From: Paraspadella gotoi
Taxonomy: Eukaryota > Animalia > Chaetognatha
Direction of reading: 5' to 3'
Assembly (NCBI GenBank): GCA_051294375.1
Contig: CM119264.1
Span: 17,310,278-17,374,277, forward strand
DNA length: 64,000 nt
A program made the translations under genes and the position numbers. The notes beneath the pieces were generated by a model. The model made no database searches. It saw nothing but the letters and a program-made list of their open reading frames with translations, and was not told the origin of the DNA. Of this stretch, positions 47,607 to 62,311 are shown piece by piece (the first letter of the stretch is position 1; every line of letters begins with the position of its first letter).

Positions 47607-50600
47607 GGATCTTCCTACGGTAGGCCATTTTTTTTTCCACTCCATACTTTGTAACTTCTGCCTTCACTTTATTCGACTTTTTTTTTCTTGCCTCGCCGAC
47701 TGCAGTTCGCTTTTCCGCCTTCCTTTCTTTTCCTTTCCTTCTCTCTCGTTCCCTTATTTCCTCTGGCTTTGTCATTATTAAACATTTCCATCATCCCTTA
47801 GTAACATTTCTTTGTTCAGCTCTTGATCCTCCTTCTTCTTCTTTCTTCATAACGCCACCTTGCCTTCGATTGCAAAAAGAACATTGGCGGATGAGGCAGT
47901 TAAAAAAAAAGACGAAATCAAGCGAAAAAAAATAAAATATGAAAAGGATGCTCTATGGATGTACCCTGGCCGATGTGGCCGTTAATGCTTAATAGTTCTC
48001 ATCTCTTTTATGTTTTCTTCTTTTCTCCTGTCCGTTTAAGTAGGAATCATTTGGCCTATCCTCCCCCTTCTCCTTCCCCTTCTCCTTCTTCTTCCTTCTT
48101 CTTTCTTTTCTTTCTTTCTTTCTTTCTTTCTTTTTCTCTTCTTTCTTTTCTTTCTTCTTTTCTTTCTTTCTTCTTTATTTCTCTCTTTTTCTCTGTCTTC
48201 CTCCCCTCTCTTTACGCCCAAGAAAAAAATGTTCATAAAGNNNNNNNNNNNNNNNNNNNNNNNNNNNNNNNNNNNNNNNNNNNNNNNNNNAAAAAAAGCG
48301 TGGAGAAAGGGATGAAGCGGCGAACTTTTTTTTTTAAGCGATGGTAAGTTAGACCTTTTATATCCTTTTATAGCCCTTTCGGTGGAGGGAGAGGATGATG
48401 AGGAAGAGCAAGGGTAAAAGTAGTAGAAGGAGGCCGAGGAGAAGGTTTTATGTCTTCCCTGTATTTTCTCGCCCGCTCGTTTTTATCCGTCACTACGATC
48501 GCGAAGTGAGCCGATCGGGGGGAAAAAAATGAGCCGATCAAAACTGAAACTGTTCGAGCTTGAGTCTCAGGTAGCGAGAGACGAACTGAATCGAAGATGA
48601 GGTAAGGTAAGGTGAGTTGATCGAGAATCAGGCTCTTGGGAAGCGAGATTCTCTGAATATTTCTCACGGGTTGAATGATGAGTTATCTATTTATTCTTTT
48701 ATAATATACGTATATATTCAATTGAATTATTTTGAATTTCATAAATAAAGGGGAAAAAACTGAACCAAAGCAGTGAACTGGGGCGATACTAACGATAAAT
48801 AGTGTGAGAGAGAGAGAAAGAGAGAGAGAGAGCTGAAGTCCTGTCCAGCATTTTAAGCCAAAATGGCATGAACAGGAACTCCCACAGTCCAAATGGGTGA
48901 TAATGGCCGTCTTGTTTGGCGATCGGCCTCAGCCACAGGGGATCTGGTGATTACCTTTTACACAGATCTATTTTTGAAAAGATGGTCACCAGCAATTGTC
49001 TTGCGTTAAAATCCATCAAATGACGGAATTTAGGGTAGCGGTCATCTACTGTAGCTGCGTTTAAGCGCCTGTAGTCGCCGCAGGGGCGTAGTGAAACCAT
49101 CAGGTTTGCGTACTACATGCAGAGGGGAGGCCCATGCAGATGTGGAGGCGGCGTATTATCCGAGCTCCTCCATTTTTTTTAAACTTCAGCTTTGGCGGCA
49201 GCCTAGCTGGTCTGGTGCAAGACGGGGTGCACGGGCGTGGACTGGAGGCCTTGGGTTGGATATGGTGCTTACACCATGTTTTGGGGGGAGAGACGGCTTT
49301 AAACACCATTTGGTAAGCTCAGGGGCGTCACTAAAGAGTGCTGAGTTACGGCGGTCACGAAACATGGAGAACTCGTGGTGGTGGCGCAGTGAGTGGCGTC
49401 TGTGTGCGTGGCTGGCTATGACTGATGTGTCAAATCAAGCAGGAATGCGACGGCTGGTGATCAACACCAAGGTGGTGTTCCATGAGGAAGTCTGCACCTA
49501 GTATGGGTGTTGCAACATCAGCTATAGCAACAAGGTAAGGAAGAGCTCGTTCCCCAGGCGAACTGTCATTCTCACGTACACCATAGAGTGCGATAGGAGA
49601 GTCATGCGGCGCGTAAAAGGTGGCAGTTTGCGGCAGTAAGCGAGCCTTTGATGCCGGCAGGATCTGCTTCAGCAGCGGGCGCGATCGGCGTCGGTGGCGG
49701 GAGTAGCGTAGCCTCGGACCCAACCATCGACTAACCAGTCAAGGCCGGCGTTAAATTGTCGCGTACGTTAAAACAATTTGTAATCAGTGCTTGCCGGGCG
49801 GACACGGCGACTATCGGGCCGCCGGCGTTGGCTTTGGCTGGTGCCATTGGGCAAGAAGCACCTTCACAGTGGATGCTTCACGTTCCATAGTTGTAATGAT
49901 AGTAGCACTTTTGTTTCACCTGGTGGAGGTTTTTGTGGGCGTCGTCGAAATGTTGGTGCTCGCCGTGGTTGTTGGTTGGTCCTTGGCAGACTTGCCGAGG
50001 GCGGGCTTGTGGCTGCCATGGGTGGTGGACGGCGGACAGCATTGGCATTATGATGGAGTGTTCAGGGTCGAGTACATCAATGGGATCTTCGTACTCTTCT
50101 GTGGAGAGGAAGGGTCTGGAAAATTCATTCTTCCAATTTAGTGCTTTGATGGCATTTACTGTTGCAGAGGCTGTGGGCGGAGCAAGAGGTGCGGAGCTGT
50201 CCAGTTGGTAAGTAAAATTCCTCTGCTCCTTAGCCAATGGCATCTAGCTTTTTTCCATCTTTACAGGGCATTGGTCACGAACACTTGAATGAAGAGGCAG
50301 TTTCAAGCAATAGCAGCAATGACATGAATCAAGAGCTTAAGATTAACTGGCCTGCTGCCCCCCCAGAGTTGATTCCAAGGCGGAAATTGGATGGAGGTTG
50401 CTCCTTTCATGGGATGTCATCTTCAGTAGTTTCATGGGCTTTCTGGTTCTTTTTGCGGACCATAAATTCATTTATAAAGGTGAGAGTGGAGAAAGCGTGT
50501 AGGAATTCGCAGAAAAAGAAGAGTCCTGACGGATGACGCTGGAATGAGACGGTGCTTTCTCAACTGGGATTGCGGCGAGTATATGCGCGGCCCTTTGTCG

Positions 50601-51200
50601 ACTGAAATCTCGTTGATGTTGGCAACCCGAAATGCGATGTCGGCGTGGCCAAGCCACTCTTTCTATGTGATTCGGCATCGAAAGGCGCAGCTTAGGCGTT
50701 CTTTGTCGCGATGGAAAGGGAGGGTGCCTGCTTGCGCGGGGCCCCCGCGTATGGGAAGTGTCCGAGTCCGAGTTTCAAAGACGTTATACTGAGGTCTCCG
50801 CGGGTTTTTCCAAGAGCGACGCGGTTCCTCAAACCTCTTTGGTGAGTGCGTCCAGAGCTGCTTATAAGTCTTTGAATGATCGGGCGAGCGACGGAAGTGG
50901 CCGGGCCCGGTGGCGCCCCCTCGCTCGGTGGAGCAAGCTTGACGAATCGATGGTTTTTCAGAGCGGATCAACATATGCGTGTAGGACATTGTCATGTTTC
51001 GCGAGGTCTTACCACGTTGCGCGACTTGCGGGGTGGGAGTTCGCCGGTAGCCAGTTTGAATTTTAGAGTAAAAGTTTTTGATTCTTATATTTTTTTGTTA
51101 GAGAGAACGGACGGAATTATTTTTTTTTTTAGTTTTTTGTTATTTGTTTTTTTAATTGGCGAGGAAAAAGGGCCAAAAGTTTTTGTATATTTTTTTTTTA

Positions 51201-51216
51201 ACGTCGGAATTCACCA
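51201..51216 (-). promoter_or_regulatory. Primer-binding site, tRNA-Trp-like
   Basis: TGGTGAATTCCGACGT 2 nt after the LTR end; resembles the tRNA-Trp PBS TGGTGACCCCGACGT, with mismatches. Confidence 0.65.
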
Positions 51217-51218
51217 CG

Positions 51219-51877
51219 TGTTGGCAACCGATAAACTTAGTTTCAGATCAGAATTAATTTTATTCGCCCAAAACAAGAGACAAAAAACGTGAATGAAGGA
51301 AAATATCAGGAGATGCTTAGTCTAAATTTCATAACAAAGGATAAACGGTTATGCCAGTTTGGTGAATAAGGATCAATTGACCTAAGAAACGATGGTAAGT
51401 GAAATTGAGGAGGGAAAGAGTTCATGCGTGTTTCTTATTGAGAGAGATATCGGTTGACCACAATATGTTTGATTTTGCTGCCTAAAAAAACCTAATATCC
51501 GGCAGAGGAATCTTGAAGGTTAGCGTCTATAGTATATTGCATTTACATAAAAGGGCACGAAAACGGAGTAAAAACAGGATAAAAACATAAATAAAAACAG
51601 GATAAAAAATTGTCGTCATCAAAATAAAAATATATGCAATTGTTAAAACGCATGTTTTTAAGAAACGGGTTGGCCGTCCATAGGGGGCAAGATCGGAGCG
51701 TCTCAATAAACCCCCGGCCACGCGTTTCCTTGATGGCTACGCGTGAAATTCGCGGAAAAAAGGGTAAAATATCTTCTCCCAATTTCGACTGAGATTGGTC
51801 GAGACCCGCCATCCAGGACCGCAGGAAGAGCTTGCATTTTGCGATCCAAAACGCGAAGGGGGAGCGCGCGCCCAACA
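51219..51877 (-). repeat. 5' LTR of the gypsy element (659 bp)
   Basis: TGTTGG...CCAACA inverted termini; minus-strand AATAAA about 40 nt from the 3' end; followed after 2 nt by a PBS. Confidence 0.75.
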
Positions 51878-52134
51878 CAAAACAACTTTATTTATTAAAA
51901 ATGGATAAATAAATTAAATGAAGTTTTATGTGTGGGTATGAAAATTTATGTGATTAAGCTGGATATAAATTTTTGGATGGAATCGTAAGGGAGTGGAAAA
52001 GAGTTTTAAATATAAAACAAAAGACATTTATTTAAAACTTTTAAAAGTTTTCTCTCTCTATTTTCTTTCTTATGATCAATTTATTTATTGAATTTATTTA
52101 TAATGATTGACATAGCATTCTTATATGTCATTTA

Positions 52135-52276
52135 ATTTATGCCAGTTAACCAAAGTTATGCCGGATTGAGAAAATTATGCCAGTTTGACCAAATTATGCC
52201 AGTTGATTAATTTGCAAATTGACAAAATTATTCAAAATTACAAATTATGCAATGTTGACTAAATTATGCTAGTTGG
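52135..52276. repeat. Degenerate minisatellite with a unit of about 19 bp
   Basis: Several copies of AATTATGCCAGTTGAC(C)AA-like units. Confidence 0.75.
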
Positions 52277-54989
52277 TATTGGCGCAGCTAATGGTAATGA
52301 TGATAGATTTATTAAGAAAGGTTTGTTAGATTTGTTATGTTACGATTTGTTATGATTCTGTTATATCACAAATTGAAAGTCACAAAAATATTACGTGATT
52401 TTATCATTCGGATTAGCTTATTTCCGCTTAATTATCGTAGGCAGATCCGACATTGTTTGCTAAAACTTGTTTTCATTACATTCGCAGGGTAGGCCCATGA
52501 GAATTGCGACTCGACTCACCCTTAAGCCCCGCCGCACCCTCTGCTTTCCGCGCGTTTGAAACTCGATGCGACTCATGAATCACAAAGTCACAAAATCATT
52601 TAAAAAAAAAACCGAGTGAAGGGAGAGGATAAAGAGATGAGAGGTTAAAAAAGATTGAAGGAGAGAGAGTTTTCGGCAATGAGGAGGGGAAACGGGTGTA
52701 AGGGTGTGAGACTCACAAGCCCTGATTCGGATTTAGTTGTACTGGACTGAGAAAGATAAAGCAAAATAAAAAAAGGAAATGAACGAAATCAAAACCATCA
52801 AAAATAAAATGTAAATTAGAAATGTAAATCAGGGATTAAAAAAAATTCGTTGGCGGAATGACGATAAAAGGGAAAACTGAAATGAAAGGGCTGAATTTAG
52901 GACAGGAGAGAGAGAGGAGGAGATATCATGAGCAAATAGTTTTCAATTTTTTTAATCAAATCACAATGAGAATGCTATGACTAAACTTCGTTTTCCCTTA
53001 CGTTCTTTGGTAAAAACACTTCGACATTATGTTATCGACGACTTTCTCTTTTCATGAAAGCTGTCAAAGCTGCCTCTCTTTTTTCCGGTGGATAATAAAT
53101 AAATAAGGTGCGACCAAGAGGTGCGTTCACATAATTTTCTTTTCTGACATTCGTCGTCGAAGGCGAACGATACATCAAGCATCGAAAAGAAAAAAGATTC
53201 CGTCTTTCCTCTACTCTTTGCTCGAACACAACCCACGTGATAAAACCCATTCAAGAGACAAAGTCAAAAATGACTCTTTGTGGCAGCAGCGACGCGCGAC
53301 TTCATCCACTTCGATGTTGAGTTCTGCTCTCTCTAAAAACCGCGTCCGCGTCGCCCGAATGACAAATCACCGAAGAACTCGATGGCCCTGCAAAAGAACA
53401 GAAGTTCCTTGTCACCTGCCGAAAAATCTTGTATCTTTTGACGAAATTTCGCCTTCGTAGTGTTCGCGAAAACCCGCGAAAAAGCCTCTCGGAGGTTCGC
53501 CGCGGACTTTTCATCAATCAGGACGGGTTTAACGGGAGAACGTATTTCCCTTTCCATTTCCTTTTTTTTTTCCCTCCTTAACCTCGCCTTCTTTATTTTT
53601 TACCTATGATTCATGAGAGGAGAGAGAGGGACGAGAGGAGAGAATTCTTTTATTTTCCTTTCATTTTTCTTTGAAAAAGAATGGTCCATTTATCTTCAAG
53701 TCGTTTTTAGTTAAGTTATTATCCTATATTTTTCTCCCCGCGCCTAGTCGGGCGAGGCGGCCGGATCTCAACCGCACGGACAGACGGATGGAGACAAATT
53801 TCTTCGACGATCGCGAATTATTTCAACCGAAATTAAGTCGGGAAAAGCCGAAGCTTTGCAACGAAGACGTTCAAAAGCGAATTTCGAAAGCAAACGGCAG
53901 AAATGCTAGTATTTGATAACTCAGGATTCATAAAGACACAGAGAGACAACGTGCTCTTTGAGATCTCATTTTAAGAACATTTCATTTTATTATTTTACCA
54001 TTTCCCACTGATTAGGAATTTCGTAATTATCATTATTATTATTATTATATTATTATGTATTATTTTATTATTATATTATACTATATTATAGGCCTCTCTT
54101 GAAAATTTTTGTTGCATTCCTATTTCAAGCAAGAGATTTCAGACTTAATCTCTCTTCATTTTCTTTTCGCTTCCAGTTTTTCCCCCGTTCTAAATAAAAA
54201 AATAATCTGTTTTATAATTTCCTTAATTTAACTTCATTACGAGGCAAAATAGAGATGGATTAGCTGAAAGCATTTTTTCATGGTAATTTGAATATTATAT
54301 GAATTTCTGCGAGATGTTTATTATAAAGAAACCCATTTTGCGAGGTTTATTTTGAATATATAGTCGAAATTGTTGTCTATTGTTCTTCAACTGTCTGGCC
54401 AACTGTCCATGCCTCATTGCCCTATTTCAATGAATAGCCGACCTCTCTCTCTCTACTTCTTTATTCATCTGTATCCTTTCTAAATCTTTCTCCTTCTTCT
54501 TAATCCCCGGTCTCTCAGCAGTCTTCTTTCCATTTCCTCAGTTGGACAAAGTCCATCCTTTTATGTCAGGCCGCCATCTTTCCACCCTGCTCCTCCTCGT
54601 TTGCTCTCGCTCTTCTCTCGTCCTTCCTATTTTTTCATCTTATATCATTCCGCTTTATAGTTAATTTTCATTTACATTCTCAATACTCATCCGTTTCCTT
54701 TAATTTCTCTCTTTCGTTGTATTATTTCATTTCAATCATCGAATCGTTTCATCATTTAAATATCTTAATTTTTAAAAATTCCTACTTTATGTTAAAATTT
54801 ATTCATTTCATTGCATTCATCGCTCATTTCATTGAATTATCGCTTTCATCTCCTTTCATTCGTTCCTTCGTCTTTTTCATTTCAAACATTAAATCGCACA
54901 TCGTCTTCGTCGATATCGTCATCTCACAGGTGCAACTCAGGTGACGGTCAGGTGCTGAACGTCTCGTCCGAGAACGTGGAAAGACATGA

Positions 54990-55041
<52 letters not shown>

Positions 55042-55291
55042 TGAGAGAGAGAGGAGAGAGAGAGAGAGAGAAATGATTTATGTTCTAAAGAAGAAACGGG
55101 CTGAATTCCTCGTAATTACTTCTTACGCGTTAAAGACCAGACTAACGACTTCAAGAAACAAATGTTAGCGCCTTCCCACTGAAAAATATTACGCCTCGTT
55201 TTACGGTCTCGAGGATGCCAGCGCCGCGACGGTTATGAGAAAAATATTCAGTTTAAAAGTTGAAAATAACTCCTCAAGTCGAAGATAAAGT

Positions 55292-57820
55292 TTAGTGGGT
55301 ACGGAATAAAAATGTTGTCGATAGACCGAGAGAGTATAAGAGCGTTGCTAATGGTAACGTAAAGGTCGCGCGTTTGCTCTTTATCTCTCCCTCTAACATC
55401 ATTTTAAATTCTTATCGTTGATGTCCGGTATTGAAGTTTCACTGTTAAGGCTTTCGATGGCATTGAGGGACCTGATGCGTTGACGTTTTTGACGCTTATT
55501 CATTTGCTCGGCCGATCCCGTGACGGTCGATACGCATGGAATCGTTCAAATTCGAAAACTGGGAATAAGACAAACTGACATAACTGGGCTGGGGTCCAAA
55601 AACAAAATTGAGGGAAAAAAGTTAAATATTTCAAAATGAGACTTGTAGAGTCATTAGTTCTAATTTTAAATAGAGTCAGACAGTTAAAATTTGAATTGAA
55701 ATCATAAAATCTGGAATTGGAAGTAAAAAACGACAATATATAAAATTAGTCAAAAGGCGGTCCACGGCTGAGGGGAAAACTGCAGGCGACTAAAAAGGAC
55801 AACAGGTTAACACGTTAATGATAATTGCTAATACATGAAAAACGGTGTATTGTGAAGAGTGGTTCAAGTAAAAAAAATCTTTTGAACGACAATAAATGCA
55901 TGGTGCGTTTTCGATAATGTTAAAATTTTTTAAAAAATGGCGAAATGTTTTTGATTATAAATTATTCATTGGTAATTTGACCCTAATGAGAAATTTGTCA
56001 CCCGCTGACGATAAATTTTACTTCAAAAAAGTGATAAAAAGACGGATTTCCAAGCAAATAGTGAGACTGCCCAATCCCACCCACGCGAGCCTACCAAGCT
56101 CCTCCAACGTGCCGGTTAGCTGACCCCATTTCCGCTCACGATCCGGCTTATCAGTCGTTCATCAGATTCTTCGCACGTTTGGTCACCGAATGGCGTATGG
56201 ACAGCCTCAACGAGCACTGATGGTGTCTGGAGCCGTCCTGAAGATCCTGAACATAAAATCCCAGCCGTTCGTCGACGACGACATTGAGGGAAATCGGTGG
56301 GCGAGTGCGATGTCGCCGAATTCCAAGAGATCGAGGAGAATCGATCGCGGACATTCGAATCTGCTGAGGAGCCGCGTGGGCAATCACATTCATACTTCTC
56401 CTTCATCCCAAACGCACCTGTGACGATGCCGTAGATGCATGCAAGCGGGCCACTTGTACGTTGGCCATCAGCACCGGTGGCTCTGCGATGCGTTTTGCAG
56501 ATTGCGCGTCTCCGACGACCAACTTCTTCCCGTCCGGTCGAGGGTCGTGGCAGACGTTGCCGAGGCAAAATCCGTAGACGTGTTTGAACAAGAAGCAGGT
56601 CGACCGGGAGCGGGAATCCGGCCGTCGAGGGTGGCAAATGGAAAAAGTCTGGAGGAGCTTGAAGGATGCAGCAGCTACCATTTGGTTCTGAGCGGAAAAT
56701 ATTATAAAGTTACTGATTTATTAAAAATGAGGATTTTGTGTTGATCAATTTTAGCTCCTCATTACCCGTGCCTCGCCTCTTTGTCACCTTCCTCTCCGCA
56801 GCTGGCATCTCCGGCGATAAAACCCCTCATATCCACGGAACCCGATCTGTGCCGACCAGTAGCGGATCTGACTGTCCGCTGACGGCAAGTGCACAAGTTA
56901 GCAGTGTTACGTTGCGATAATGAGCTCGTACGCGCGTTCCGTTCCGGCCACAGCTCCGTCACCGGCGTTGACGTCCTCCAGTCGATTCGCCGGAAAGGGA
57001 CTTGCCCAGATGAAAGAGGCGGACGAGGCGAGAAGCGTCGACGCATCGTTGGGCTGGGCGGCAAGTGGGCGAAATTGGGAATTGGCGTCGCGGCCTTCCC
57101 GGCGAATTTTCTCGCCAGGTTTCCTGCCTTTTGGGACGCGTCCCCCGATAGAACCTCGGGATTGCAATTCCGTGACGACCGTTAAATTCCGAAAGTGTGC
57201 TTCTCGCTGATGTAAAAACGGCTCGCACTGGATGCTGAGAGATTTTGAAAAGGGAAGGCGAAAGGATTTTTTTCTATTGTCATTTACACATGCATATACG
57301 TACAATGTCCTACATTAACGCGTTGTAAAAATTCTAAATTCAACTTAATTAAAATTTCTAAAAGTGAGGACTATGAAATGAACAACATTGTACTAATGAA
57401 TATTTATGTTAAAAAAAATTTATTATAAATTTTATAATTAACGCAGTATGGCCATATGTCATTCTATTCAATAATCAATTCAAAATCTAATCTAACGAAA
57501 TTATGATCTGGAAGGAAACAAAAAACGTTTATAATGATATTTTCGGACGAATTTCTTAAAATGAGCGTCTTAGAAAAAAACAGTTAAAAATTACCATTTG
57601 GATATTCTTCTCACGCGCTTGGGTAGAGTTGGTGACGATTCCGCCGCATCTCTGATCAAAGTTCGGCACACAACCAGTCACTCTCGCGGCGACAGAATTC
57701 GTCACATTGACATCGGATGTCATTGAGTTTATCGATAGCGGTAAGTTCCCAATCGACCCAGGCAAGAACCTTGGTGAGAAAAGCGAATTAAGTATCTCTT
57801 CTTTTTCTTCTCTCTCTCTT

Positions 57821-57901
<81 letters not shown>

Positions 57902-58147
57902 TTTTTCTCTCCTCTTGCCCATACAATTCCCTTTAAAAATGAGTAACAAATGTACCAGCAGTTGATAGAACATAAACCTTCCTAAAAAACAACTGCACGA
58001 AAAGCCCAGACTTTTTTTCGGTGTCGACTTAGACTCAACCGGTTTCCATGGAGACTGCGACGCGATTCTTGCGATGACGAAGGAAAGCAGCAACAAGTTT
58101 AATAATCTTTGGAAAATGGCATGACGTACATGCAGACTGGTATCCAT
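55292..58147 (-). CDS. Secreted/cell-surface somatomedin-B (SMB) domain protein, possibly GPI-anchored; frameshifted in this assembly
   Basis: Exon 1 from ATG 58147 has a signal-like stretch (LLNLLLLSFVIARIAS). The SMB exon lies at about 57769-57615 (clean in the second copy). Further Cys-containing exons at about 57235-56770 and 56687-56120. The last exon ends TFTLPLATLLYSLGLSTTFLFRTH* (stop at 55292). Frames shift within exons. Confidence 0.6.
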
Positions 58148-59009
58148 CTTTATATACGATATAGCAAGTTCTGCAAGGTAAAGTTAAATTGAAAGTTTGT
58201 ATCACTGAAAAGATTTTCCCCTTTTGTTTCCCCCCTTTGGTTTTCCGGTTTTTTCGCTCGGCACCTGAAGCGCAATAGTTTGCCGTTCGCCGTCTTCAAC
58301 TGCCAGTGACGACCAAAGAAAATACTATAGTTTTTCTTGAATGTAATAATTTGAAATAATGTGATTAAAATTTATTAGAAACATTAAAAACCGTCGTATG
58401 AATCTTAAAAAAAAATTATTTTGGTAAAGCGTTAATTTCAATCTTATTCTTATTTACTAAGCAAGTAGATTCAGTTAATCTATTCCTCGTAATAAGCGGA
58501 CTTGAGGCTTTCCTCCGTCATCCGCGACGCCGTGCAACGCTTTCGCCTCAGGTGCAGCGATCGAAATGATCTCCACATGGCGGACGAAGGCCGGGAAAAT
58601 CAGAGTCGCAGGAGAGAAGAGAGAGAGAGAAGAGAGAAGAGAGAGAGGAGAGATGAGAGAGAGTAGAGGAGAGAGAGAGAGAGAGAGATAGAGAGAGAGT
58701 TTTGCATATATTTTTCATTTCGCAAGCCACTCTTTCTTCTTTTGTGGTCTCTGGTTTGGTCGTGCCATTTTTTACAATTCTATGACTAAAATATCTTGAA
58801 CACGAATCATTAACCTGAAATTTCTAAGATTCAATATTTCGAAAGTTTGAAGTTTTAAGGTCGAAACGATTGGCGCTGTTCGAATTTGTGATGACGGTGA
58901 CGTCAATTGAGCATCTGCAACTGGGCCCGTCACAGTCTTGAGAATGGCTCTCGTTCTCTTGCTCTCTCTCTTCTCTCTCTCTTCTCTCTCCTTCTGTCTC
59001 TCTTCTCTC

Positions 59010-59057
<48 letters not shown>

Positions 59058-60369
59058 CTCTCTCTTCTCTACTCTCTCCTACTCTACTCTGCATTCTCAT
59101 TCTATCTCTCTCTGCGGTAAAGTGATCAGTTATGTCGGCCGCGTTTGTACATCAGCCGACGAAATCAGGTCGTCGAAATGTTATTCCCGGCAGATGGTGC
59201 GCTTTGTTATTTTATTCGAAACGAGGGTTAGATCGTCAGCGCTGGCCATAGGTGTCCAGATTTTGAGGAAGAAGTGACGATGACGATATGTTGCGTTTTT
59301 CGCGGGGTCACTTTAGTTCGCTGGAGAAGAGAGGAGGGAGTGCAGGGGTGAGACGGGAGGGATGGGGATGGGGCTGAGAAACAGAAAGGAGGGAAATTAC
59401 TGATATCCTAGTGATATGATTCGCGGCGTCAGGGAAACGCGCAGTTACGAAAACGTCGTACGGACGATGAAAAAATGTGGAGACGGAAATGGTGGTGAAA
59501 TGGTGGGGGGATGGCGTTGGTGGTTTGGTGTGAGTAGCGCGTGGAAGTGAAATTAAAAAAACGGAGGCGGTGAGAACGAGAGACTCTGTATCAGGGGCGA
59601 TTGTTCATGTATTGTAAGTAATAATTAATTGTAATAACCTTAATATTCCACTGGTTTTTCTGGGTCTGATCTCAAGCCTAAAATTCTGAGATAATCCAGA
59701 CAAGCAACTGCGGTAGGATGCGTTATGATTGAAGTTAATTTCGTGCCGGTGAAAAGCGAGTGGTGACGATAATGATCGAGTCTTCACAGATGCAATGCTG
59801 GAGTAAAGTTTACTGCAGTCGCCTCTCTATTTCCCATCCCAATAATTTAATGACTTTTCAAAGTTCGATATGAAAAAGTAATTTGAGAATCATTTTCCTG
59901 CGTCTATCTACTCGAAATTAAATGAAGACAATTTTAAAATTTGCCTCGACTGTCGGTTATTGATAGACTTAAGTACAATCGTATAATGTATATAAGTAAA
60001 AAAAGTCGTGGAGACTTCAAACTCCCCATTTCTTTACTGATCCATTTCTCCCCACCTCGTTGTATTCACGAACGAGGCAATTTATATCCAACGTAATCCA
60101 ATCAAAACCATAATGTCTTTTAAATCGTCTTTCATTTTCAAACGGACCGAAATGTTTCTGAGAAAGACGACGACGACGACGAGACGATGAACTTCCATTC
60201 ACCGGCTTCAACATCGAAAATGGAAAGAGTTTCGATCGTTCTCTCTTCTCTCACCTCCCGCCCTTAACCCCCTCTTCTCCCCTCCACAACCGGCACCACC
60301 GCTTGCTGCACTTACCCAAACAGAACTTCAGTCGAGGCCGCCCATAAACGACGCGTCGAGACGAAAATG

Positions 60370-60401
<32 letters not shown>

Positions 60402-60667
60402 AGAAAACGTTTTGCCGTTGTTTCCGATTCTCTAAGTGCCGATGCCCAGAATGTTTGTAGCGTCTCTCCTCTCTCTCTCTCTCTCCTCCTCTCTCGTCTC
60501 TCTCTCTCTCTCTCGTCCTCTCTCTCCTCTCTCTCTCTTCTCTNNNNNNNNNNNNNNNNNNNNNNNNNTGGAGGGGGAGAGAGGGGGTAAGGGCGGGAGG
60601 ATGGAGAGAAGAGAGAACTGATCGCAAACTCTTTCCTTTTCGATGTTTGGAAGCCGGTGAAATGGAA

Positions 60668-60706
<39 letters not shown>

Positions 60707-61810
60707 TTTCTCAGAAACATTTCGGTCGTTTGAAAATGAAAGAACGTTTAAAAGACATTTGGTTTTGATTGGATTACGTTGGTATAAATTGCCTTCGTTC
60801 GTGAATAACAAGAGGTGGAAGGAGAAAAAGGATCAAGTAAAGAAATGGAGGAGTTGAAGTCTTCACGACTTTTTTTTACTTATATACATTATACGATTGT
60901 ACTTAAGTCTATCGTAACCGAGAGTCAGGCAAATTTTAAAATGTCTTCATTTAATTTCGAGTAGATAGAGCAGGAAATGATTCTCAAATTACTTTTTCAT
61001 ATCGAACTTTGAAAAGTCATTAAATCATCGAGACGGGAAATAGAGAGCGATGCAGTAAACTTTACTCCAGCCATTGCATCACCATCACCACTCCTTTTCA
61101 CCGCCACGAATTATCTCAATCATAACGCCATCGTATCACAGTTGCTTGTCTGGATTATCTCGAATTTTAGGCTTGAGATCAGACCCAGAAAACCGTGAAA
61201 TATTAAGGTTATTACAAATAAATTATTAAATTACAATACATGAAACGATCGCCTGAGACAAGTCATTCAACGCCCCTGAATACAGAGTCTCTCGATTTCA
61301 CCGCCTCCGTTTTTTTTAATTTCACTCCACCGCTACTCCACCAAACCACCAACGCCAATCCACCCCCACCATTTCCACCACCATTTCCGTCTCCACCATT
61401 TTTTCATCGTCCGTCGACGTTTTCGTAACTGCGCGTTTCCCTGACGCCGCGAATCATAAGTCACTAGGATATCGTCATTTCCTCCTTTCTGTTTCTAACC
61501 CCCATCCCCCCATCCCCCCGTCCTCTACCCCACTGCACTCCCTCCTCTCCTTCTCCAGCGAACTAAAAAGTGACCCGCGAAAAAAACCACATTCGTCATC
61601 AGTCACACTTCTCCTCAAAATCTGGGAACCTTTACCAGCGGCTGACGACTAACCCTCGTTTTAGAAAAAATACAAAGCGCCACATCTGCAGGAATAACAT
61701 TTCGAAGACTCGATTTCGTCGCTGATGTAAAACGCGGCCGACATAACTGCATCACTTTACCGCAGAGAGAGGATAGAGAGATAGAGAGATAGGGAGATAG
61801 AGAGAGAGAG

Positions 61811-61878
<68 letters not shown>

Positions 61879-61890
61879 GAGAAGAGAGAG

Positions 61891-61941
<51 letters not shown>

Positions 61942-62200
61942 AGAGAGAGAGAGCCATTCTCAAGACTGTGACGGGCCGTTGTCGATGCTCATTGCCGTCA
62001 CGTCATCACATTTCGAACCGACGCATCGTTCGACCTTAAAACTTAAAACTTTTCGAAATATTGCATCTTAGAAATTTCAGGTTAATGAATTCGTGTTCAA
62101 GATATTTTGTCTAGAATTGTAAAAAATGGCACGAAAACCAGAGGACCAAAAAGAAGAAAAGTGGCTCTGCGCAATGAAAAAAATATGCAAAACTCTCTCT

Positions 62201-62272
<72 letters not shown>

Positions 62273-62276
62273 TCTC

Positions 62277-62311
<35 letters not shown>

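Larger units (their letters stand above)
48831..51877 (-). mobile_element. Ty3/gypsy LTR retrotransposon, 3'-truncated and frameshifted (5' LTR, PBS, gag, protease, N-half of RT)
   Basis: Minus-strand fragments across frameshifts: gag-like (AAHILAAIP; KCYYHYNYG), protease region (IADVATPILGADFLMEHHLGVD), RT (SAWASPLHVVRKPDG, RPCGDYRRLNAATVDDRYP, SKIDL, HQIP, KTAIIT, FGLWEFLFMPF). It stops at a (CT)n run near 48830, before the YxDD motif. Confidence 0.88.
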
